From a virus (Duplodnaviria > Caudoviricetes): a stretch of DNA of 56,324 nucleotides. The first letter of the stretch is position 1, and every line of letters starts with the position of its first letter. The translations under genes and the position numbers were made by a program. Under the pieces are notes generated by a model, which worked only from the letters and a program-made list of their open reading frames with translations, was not told where the DNA came from and did no database searches. Below are positions 50,438 through 56,324 of this stretch, in pieces. The DNA is taken from the IMG/VR virus record IMGVR_UViG_3300008120_005716, positions 1 to 56,324 of that record. One strand, given 5' to 3'.

Positions 50438-51531
50438 TGAAGCATATAGTAGCTAGTGGTTGTTCATTTACTAGACAGGCACAACGAATAAATTTAGAAG
50501 GAAACGATAGTGATTTTCTATCAGATTGGATAGAAATGTGGCGTTGGCCTCATTGGATTAAGAATTTGTATGATGCAGAAGTGTATAATATGGGTAGCGC
50601 TACACATGATAATTGGTCGATTGCCAGAACTACAATTTATAAAATAGAAAAATTAATAGAAAGTGGTGTAAATATAAAGGATATATGCGCCATAATCCAA
50701 TGGTCAGCTTGGACTAGAGAATCATTCTATGTTTCTCCATCTAAAATGCAAGATTTGAATATTGTTATAGAAAATAAAACAAATCATTCTCATGCACATA
50801 TTACCGATTGGATAGATTCAAAAAACTATAATGCTGAATACGGATATTGGATATTGACGGGTGGTTTCAATTTAGACCATATTGAAAATAAAGCTAAGAA
50901 ATTTTTACCATCATATTTTGAATATATAAAATCAGTTGAACAATCTTTCATAAATCATTTGGAAGCAAAACTTTATTTAGAAAATTATTTAAAAAATAAA
51001 GGAATAGAATGGTTTTCATTTGATATTCAAAATCAATTTTCAAAAAGTTATACGGTTACCGCTGGATATGGATTCCCAAATTACAGAGAAACTGAAAATG
51101 AAAAATTTTCAGAAGCAATATTGGATAGAAAATATATACCAAATACTTGGGAAGATGATTTAAATTATACTCATTCTGATAATCCATACATCCACTATTT
51201 AATATCTTTAGTTAATACCAATCATTGGTTCTATAAAGAAGATGGTATTACTAAGTATGGTGGACAAATTGAATGGGCCATTCGCAACTTTGATTTAAAA
51301 AAAGAATTCTATTTAGTAGAGAATATAAATGATAGGGGTAAACTTATGAGTAACTTATTATTTATGGAACATTGTGATGGAAAAAAATGTATTACATTGG
51401 ATGATATAAAAAACTATATGGATAATGAATGGTATTTAGGACACGTTTCATCTTATATGAATAGACGTTTTGTAAATGAGGTATTATCATCATTTTTAAA
51501 GAAAAATGGAATTAATAAAAAATTAATATAA
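50437..51531 (+). CDS. SGNH-like hypothetical protein (GCSFT type)
   Basis: VASGCSFT; WP; NMGSA..DN; IIQWS..TR; LTGG; YGG.IEWAIRNF; WYLGHVSS. Confidence 0.55.
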   Translation: MKHIVASGCSFTRQAQRINLEGNDSDFLSDWIEMWRWPHWIKNLYDAEVYNMGSATHDNWSIARTTIYKIEKLIESGVNIKDICAIIQWSAWTRESFYVSPSKMQDLNIVIENKTNHSHAHITDWIDSKNYNAEYGYWILTGGFNLDHIENKAKKFLPSYFEYIKSVEQSFINHLEAKLYLENYLKNKGIEWFSFDIQNQFSKSYTVTAGYGFPNYRETENEKFSEAILDRKYIPNTWEDDLNYTHSDNPYIHYLISLVNTNHWFYKEDGITKYGGQIEWAIRNFDLKKEFYLVENINDRGKLMSNLLFMEHCDGKKCITLDDIKNYMDNEWYLGHVSSYMNRRFVNEVLSSFLKKNGINKKLI

Positions 51532-51532
51532 T

Positions 51533-52960
51533 ATGAAATTAATTTTTGGATATGATGTAATGACTTATAATGGAGAACAACCCAATTGTTTGAATCCAAA
51601 GTTTTTACCAACAATACATAAAGCATCCGATTTTAAATTTGACCAATCAGACGCATATTTTAGACAAAGGTGGCAATCGGATTGGCCGGTATATAATAGT
51701 AATTATTTATGGGAATTCATAGAAAGAAAATCCGTATATGAAATTATTTGGGATAGAGAGAAGAATGGTAAGGGCTATGAATGGTTTTATGTAATAGAAC
51801 CATTTGGTAATATTGAGCAATTTTTTGGAAATTATAGTGATGTACATTATCAATTCGCTTTAGAATTTATGTCTCAAAAAGCAATAGATGAAATTAAAAA
51901 TTGGAATGGAAACGTTTTAATAAGTTATATCATAGATGGTGGGTTAGGAATTACTAAGAAAAATTTTGAAAAAATATTTGAATTTTTTAAGAAGCATGAA
52001 ATACCCGAAGAAAAAATATTCTTAGTATTTCAGGATTTCAAATTACCAAAAAACATTAAAAAATTAGGATACAACTATAATGTATTAGATTATAATCAAG
52101 CACTAATAGCAAAATCGCAAGAATTTTTTAATACACTAAACAATCCAAATTTTTCATATTGGAAAGAAGATAATCACGAACCACAAGTAGGTAAAATTAA
52201 ACCACGAAAAAACACAGTAGTTACTTATGAAGAGTTTGAAAAATCAATAGGTTCTGAAAAAAAAGATTTTTTATTTTTATGTAGACATTGGAAAGAGCAC
52301 AGAATATCTATTTTATATAATTTGTATAAATTGGGGTTAGATAAAAGTTTAGTTAGTTGGGATAATAAATTTTACAATGAAAACTTTATAAGAGAAAGAA
52401 TAAATAGATGGAATGATGAAGAATTTATTTCCTTAATAAAAAACGAATCAAAGCATTTGGATATTGATGATTTAACTAAAATCGCCGGATATGGGTTTGA
52501 AGATAAAGGTATTTATTTAAATTCTTATTTAAGTATTGTAACCGAATCTATATTTTTTCAAATAAGAAATAATCCTAATAACGAACCAGAAGCTGAATTT
52601 CCAACAGGTTATCTAAGTGAAAAGATTTGGAAACCAATTGGGCATTGTCAACCATTTATATTAGCTGGTCCTGCGAAATCGTTGGAGTATATTAAATCAT
52701 TAGGATTTAAAACATTTTCACCATTTATAGATGAAAGTTATGATAATTGTATCGATGATGATAAACGACTTAATTTGATTTTGGAAGAAATAATTAAATT
52801 TTCACAAAAAGCAAAAGAAGAAAAAGATGAATTTTTAAATAATGTGAAAGAAATATGTGAATATAATCAAAAATTATTTTTAGATTTTTCGATAAATCAT
52901 AAAAGAATGCAAGGTGGTATAGTAACTTTTTTACTAAAAAATACTGATAACCTTATTTAA
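51533..52960 (+). CDS. Putative GT-B glycosyltransferase (GT10-like motif), paralogue 4
   Basis: FLFLCR....HR; YLNSYLSIVTES.F...YLSEKIWKPIGHCQPFILAG...IKSLGFKTFSPFIDESYD. Confidence 0.55.
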   Translation: MKLIFGYDVMTYNGEQPNCLNPKFLPTIHKASDFKFDQSDAYFRQRWQSDWPVYNSNYLWEFIERKSVYEIIWDREKNGKGYEWFYVIEPFGNIEQFFGNYSDVHYQFALEFMSQKAIDEIKNWNGNVLISYIIDGGLGITKKNFEKIFEFFKKHEIPEEKIFLVFQDFKLPKNIKKLGYNYNVLDYNQALIAKSQEFFNTLNNPNFSYWKEDNHEPQVGKIKPRKNTVVTYEEFEKSIGSEKKDFLFLCRHWKEHRISILYNLYKLGLDKSLVSWDNKFYNENFIRERINRWNDEEFISLIKNESKHLDIDDLTKIAGYGFEDKGIYLNSYLSIVTESIFFQIRNNPNNEPEAEFPTGYLSEKIWKPIGHCQPFILAGPAKSLEYIKSLGFKTFSPFIDESYDNCIDDDKRLNLILEEIIKFSQKAKEEKDEFLNNVKEICEYNQKLFLDFSINHKRMQGGIVTFLLKNTDNLI

Positions 52961-52962
52961 GA

Positions 52963-52971
52963 ATATTTATA
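52963..52971 (+). promoter_or_regulatory. Putative late promoter motif ATATTTATA
   Basis: TATTTAT at 52964-52970, 19 nt before GTG 52990. Confidence 0.55.
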
Positions 52972-52989
52972 TACAAATAAAAAGAGATT

Positions 52990-55900
52990 GTGGATAAACC
53001 AGAAGTTAAAAAAACCATAGTTGTATATTCAGGCCGTTTTCAACCTTTTCATAAAGGACATTACGCTGCATATCAAAAATTAGTGTCTAAATTTGGCGCT
53101 AATAATGTTTATATTGGTACATCTGATAAAACCGATTCTGGCAAATCTCCATTTAATTTTAAAGAGAAGGTTGTTATAATGGGTAAAATGTTTGGTATTC
53201 CGCCAAGCAAAATAGTTAAAGTATCAAACCCATACGCTCCAAAGGAAATACTTGCTAAATATGATGGTAAAACAACACAATATATAGCAGCAGTAGGAGA
53301 AAAAGATGCGAGTAGATTAGCTGGTAAATATTTTAAACCATATAAAGGTAAGGCTGGATACGGATATGATGAAATTGGTTATACTTATATTATACCATCC
53401 GACCCGAACCCAATTAGTGGAACTGATGTAAGAAAATGGTTAAGTTCGGATAATGCTGAAAAGCTATTTTTGAAAGCATATCCAAAATTCGATAAAGAAA
53501 TTTATAAAATGATAACTAACAAACTGATTAAAGAAGAATTTATAAAAGGTTATCCATCTAAAGAAGATGTTAAGAAGATACAAAAGAAAAACGATGATAT
53601 TCGTTCAGTAGCAACTACTGATGATTCATATGTATATGACCCTATCGCTGAACAAATAGCAAAATTAGTATTTGAAGCTGATAATTTTATAGAAGAATAT
53701 TTCTTAGAAGAAGAACCAAATCCTGTAATGGATAAGGAAATTACATACACTTCTTCCAATGGAAAGAAAAAGAAAATTACTGTTAGAGGTGCATTACGAT
53801 TACCAAAAGACCACGAAGCACATATTCAAGCAGCTAAATTAGTTGGACCAAATGATGCTCCTGCTAATGAACCAAAAGGAAAGGCCGCAACTCAAGCAGA
53901 TAAACCAGCAGCTCCGGGTCAACCTGTTAAGAAAGGACAAACCGCACAAGGTAAAGCAGATGCTAAACCTAAAGGAGATGGTGCCGAAAAAGGTGGAGAA
54001 AAGCAAGCCCCGCCGCCTGAGCAAAAATTAAGTGGTGCTGAATTAAAATCGGATGCTGAAAAGAGAGCAAGTGGAGAAGAGACAAAAGAAACAGACAAAG
54101 AAAAGAAAGAAAGAGAATTTAAAGAGGGTATAAATAACCAAATTAAAAAAGAAAAAGAAGGATTATCTCACGAAGAAAATAAAGTTTACGAATTTTTAGA
54201 TGGAATATCCGATGAGGATAAAGCTGCAGCAATTGATGATGCTTTAAATAAAAGAAATATCATTCAAAAAATTGCACAAGATACAATGATTGGCGGTTGG
54301 ATTGCTAAAAAGGGAAAACAACTAAAAGATACAGCTGAAGGTATTTCCTCATTTGTAAGAACGGGTAAAACCGGAATGACAGAAGATTGTAGCGGAACTC
54401 CAGCAGGCCCACACGCTAAAAGCGGTTGGTCTATGAACGAAGATGCAAACGATAGACAAAATTATCTTTCATCATTGGGTAAAGATGGCAAGCAAAAAGA
54501 AAAACCAAAAAAACCTAAAGATAAAAGCAATTGTAAAGAAGTTCACTACACCGATTATCAAAAGCGTGATGAAAATGGTAAAAAGGTTTATAAAGAAGAA
54601 CCAGCGTATAAGCAAGGAGCAGGTAAACCAGACCCTAAAGATTTAAAAGATGGTGCATACTATGGTGGACTTGGAACTGGCTATATAGGCCCTAGAAAAG
54701 CTGGAAATGAATATGGTAATGTTTCTAAAGAAGATGCGTTTAAAGCAAATGAATTAGATTCTGAAACCGGATTCTTTAAAAGAGATGATAAGTATTACGA
54801 TAAAGATGGATTGGAGGTTGATAAAAAGGGAAATAGTTTAGGTGCAGATGGAAAGCCAACACAGGAAACAAAATTAAAACTTTGGCCTTTACCACCAAAA
54901 AGAGTTCCAAAAACAAACAAAATTCCTGAATACGAAGATGATTTATCACCAGAACAAAAACATTTGGCACACGAATCACACCATAAATCGCACGAACAAA
55001 ATCATGCAATTGCACACACTGTTATGGAGGCAGCAGCAGTAGTTGGTGGTGCGGTATATGGACCTGCTATATTAGGTAAAATGGGTATAGGTGCAGCAGC
55101 TGGTGGACACGCCGGAGGACATGGTGCAGCAGAATTAGCAAAACATATTGCAAAAGATGCTGCAAAACATGCTACTATGGAAATAATGGGAATGAGAAAC
55201 ATAGGTGGTATGGCTGGTGCAGGATTGGGGGCAAGTGCTGTAACGGGTGGATTGTTGGAAGGACTCATAAAAGAAATGAGTTTATTATCAGAAGCTGATG
55301 AAGAAGAATTTAATAAAAAGTTTTTCTTAAAGTTAATTAAAATGCAAGCCGAAGCTCTGAAAAATTACAAAATGACTCCCGAACAAAAGTTGGAGAGTTT
55401 AATTACATATAAGTTATCTAAAGAAAAAAAAGAACAAGATAATAAAAAACAAAATTTATTAAACTTAATAAAAACAGAAGATATTAATGTAGATGTTGAT
55501 AAAGGAGATACTGTTTTGATGGGTAAGTTTAAAAATAAAAAAGTAGATATAAAAGATATCGGAACTGATGACCACGGAATGCCAACAATCAATGGTAAGC
55601 AAGCAACCACATTCAGAAAAATAAATGAAATCAATAAAGGATTCTTTAAAGGTAAAATTAAAATAGGTGGCCAACCTGTTGATGTAGAAGTTGAATTAGT
55701 AGGAGCAGATAATAAAAATAGAGAGTTTGTTACCAAAGTAATTGGTATAGATAAAAAATATCAAAGTAAATTACCAATAGGTTCTACATTACCAATACCT
55801 TCAAAAGTATTTCGTTGGGGCGGTTGGGTTAAGATAAAAGTTCCATCAGCATTTAATGAAGTAGGACATGGAGACTGGCATTATAAAGCGATTATGAAAA

Positions 55901-56324
55901 TGTGGGATAAAGCTGGTTCATTTGGTAGAAAGAAAATTGGAGCAGCTGTATGTGCAGACCCAAATGCAAATAGAAGAGAAGTAGAGAGAAGTTTGAGAGA
56001 TACAGACTATGAAGAAATAACCGATATGTCTGTTAAGTTGGGATTATTAAAAGAAGAAGTTCCAGCTCCGGAGCAAAAAAAAAGTAAAGCTCAAATCATA
56101 GGTGAATTTATTAAATTCGCAAAAGATAGATTATCTTTAAACCGATTACCATTTCAAATAAAATTAATAAAGGATAACGAATTTGCTACTACATTTAAAT
56201 CGTATGGTGGGTATGACCCAAATACAGATGAAATTTATGTGTATGTATCAAATAGAAGTATGCCTGATATTCTTAGAACATTAGCGCATGAGTTGGTTCA
56301 TCTTAAACAAAGACAAGATGGTGT
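52990..56324 (+). CDS. Large multidomain protein (>1110 aa, runs off the window): N-terminal HxGH nucleotidyltransferase, C-terminal HExxH metallopeptidase-like domain
   Basis: Absent from the track because no stop codon falls in the window. GTG 52990 gives MDKPEVKKTIVVYSGRFQPFHKGH...SPF...ISGTDVR; the frame reads on to DILRTLAHELVHLKQRQDG at the window end. Confidence 0.85.
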   Translation, partial: MDKPEVKKTIVVYSGRFQPFHKGHYAAYQKLVSKFGANNVYIGTSDKTDSGKSPFNFKEKVVIMGKMFGIPPSKIVKVSNPYAPKEILAKYDGKTTQYIAAVGEKDASRLAGKYFKPYKGKAGYGYDEIGYTYIIPSDPNPISGTDVRKWLSSDNAEKLFLKAYPKFDKEIYKMITNKLIKEEFIKGYPSKEDVKKIQKKNDDIRSVATTDDSYVYDPIAEQIAKLVFEADNFIEEYFLEEEPNPVMDKEITYTSSNGKKKKITVRGALRLPKDHEAHIQAAKLVGPNDAPANEPKGKAATQADKPAAPGQPVKKGQTAQGKADAKPKGDGAEKGGEKQAPPPEQKLSGAELKSDAEKRASGEETKETDKEKKEREFKEGINNQIKKEKEGLSHEENKVYEFLDGISDEDKAAAIDDALNKRNIIQKIAQDTMIGGWIAKKGKQLKDTAEGISSFVRTGKTGMTEDCSGTPAGPHAKSGWSMNEDANDRQNYLSSLGKDGKQKEKPKKPKDKSNCKEVHYTDYQKRDENGKKVYKEEPAYKQGAGKPDPKDLKDGAYYGGLGTGYIGPRKAGNEYGNVSKEDAFKANELDSETGFFKRDDKYYDKDGLEVDKKGNSLGADGKPTQETKLKLWPLPPKRVPKTNKIPEYEDDLSPEQKHLAHESHHKSHEQNHAIAHTVMEAAAVVGGAVYGPAILGKMGIGAAAGGHAGGHGAAELAKHIAKDAAKHATMEIMGMRNIGGMAGAGLGASAVTGGLLEGLIKEMSLLSEADEEEFNKKFFLKLIKMQAEALKNYKMTPEQKLESLITYKLSKEKKEQDNKKQNLLNLIKTEDINVDVDKGDTVLMGKFKNKKVDIKDIGTDDHGMPTINGKQATTFRKINEINKGFFKGKIKIGGQPVDVEVELVGADNKNREFVTKVIGIDKKYQSKLPIGSTLPIPSKVFRWGGWVKIKVPSAFNEVGHGDWHYKAIMKMWDKAGSFGRKKIGAAVCADPNANRREVERSLRDTDYEEITDMSVKLGLLKEEVPAPEQKKSKAQIIGEFIKFAKDRLSLNRLPFQIKLIKDNEFATTFKSYGGYDPNTDEIYVYVSNRSMPDILRTLAHELVHLKQRQDG

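Noticed and set aside
29569-52960. Bacterial O-antigen/capsule locus (host contamination)
   Set aside because: It is contiguous and coupled with the tail fibre, has the same AT-rich style and phage motif at both ends, and shows no wzx/wzy/ABC transporter or membrane initiating transferase.
53843-54646. Track ORFs 53843-54031 and 54443-54646 on +
   Set aside because: Out-of-frame shadows inside the large ORF starting at 52990.
320-55736. Many minus-strand ORFs in the track (e.g. 11354-11806, 26246-26722, 27815-28582, 55365-55736)
   Set aside because: They lie wholly antisense to well-supported + strand genes and have no recognisable motifs; they are shadow ORFs caused by codon bias.
56075-56087. 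A9 run followed by a -1-frame TAA just before the HExxH domain (possible programmed frameshift)
   Set aside because: The main frame is open, A-runs are common in this genome, and no stimulatory structure is evident.
1-56324. Stop-codon reassignment (TAG/TGA recoding seen in some large phages)
   Set aside because: Genes are full length in the standard code. TAG ends 8796-10166 cleanly and TGA is used in ATGA overlaps. Readthrough of TAG 1573 or TGA 1539 does not repair the broken gene.

Overview
This window is a single-strand-biased, AT-rich segment of a large myovirus-like (jumbo or T4-related) phage genome. The host is probably Bacteroidota, inferred from a textbook TTTG-N20-TAnnTTTG promoter, A/T-rich leaders without Shine-Dalgarno sites, and a Flavobacterium-like lipoyl domain. 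Layout: (1) end of a carbamoyltransferase plus an SGNH-like gene (1-1055); (2) baseplate/virion module with gp5-, gp25- and gp6-like genes and a 1748-aa baseplate protein (1.5-18.8 kb); (3) T7 endonuclease I-like resolvase, primase and a single-chain Mre11-Rad50 (SbcD-SbcC) fusion (18.9-23.4 kb); (4) a small divergent ribbon-helix-helix-like gene with a 10-bp-period repeat array; (5) a 1970-aa tail fibre with a C-terminal S74 chaperone; (6) a ~23-kb glycan synthesis/modification island containing GT-A/GT-B transferases, three GT7-LamG hybrids, four GT10-like paralogues, NDP-sugar SDRs, RmlC, a methyltransferase, two radical SAMs, two SGNH-like proteins, and a minimal TPP E1-alpha, E1-beta and free lipoyl domain; (7) a >1100-aa HxGH nucleotidyltransferase...HExxH multidomain protein that the ORF track missed. 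The best candidate for a new system is phage-encoded virion glycosylation: the virion proteins are strongly enriched in an [S/T]-[G/A]-S tripeptide that may be a sequon for the adjacent island. Two structural genes appear frameshifted or deleted. All calls come from reading motifs by eye; no database searches were run, and no tRNA, rRNA or CRISPR array was seen.
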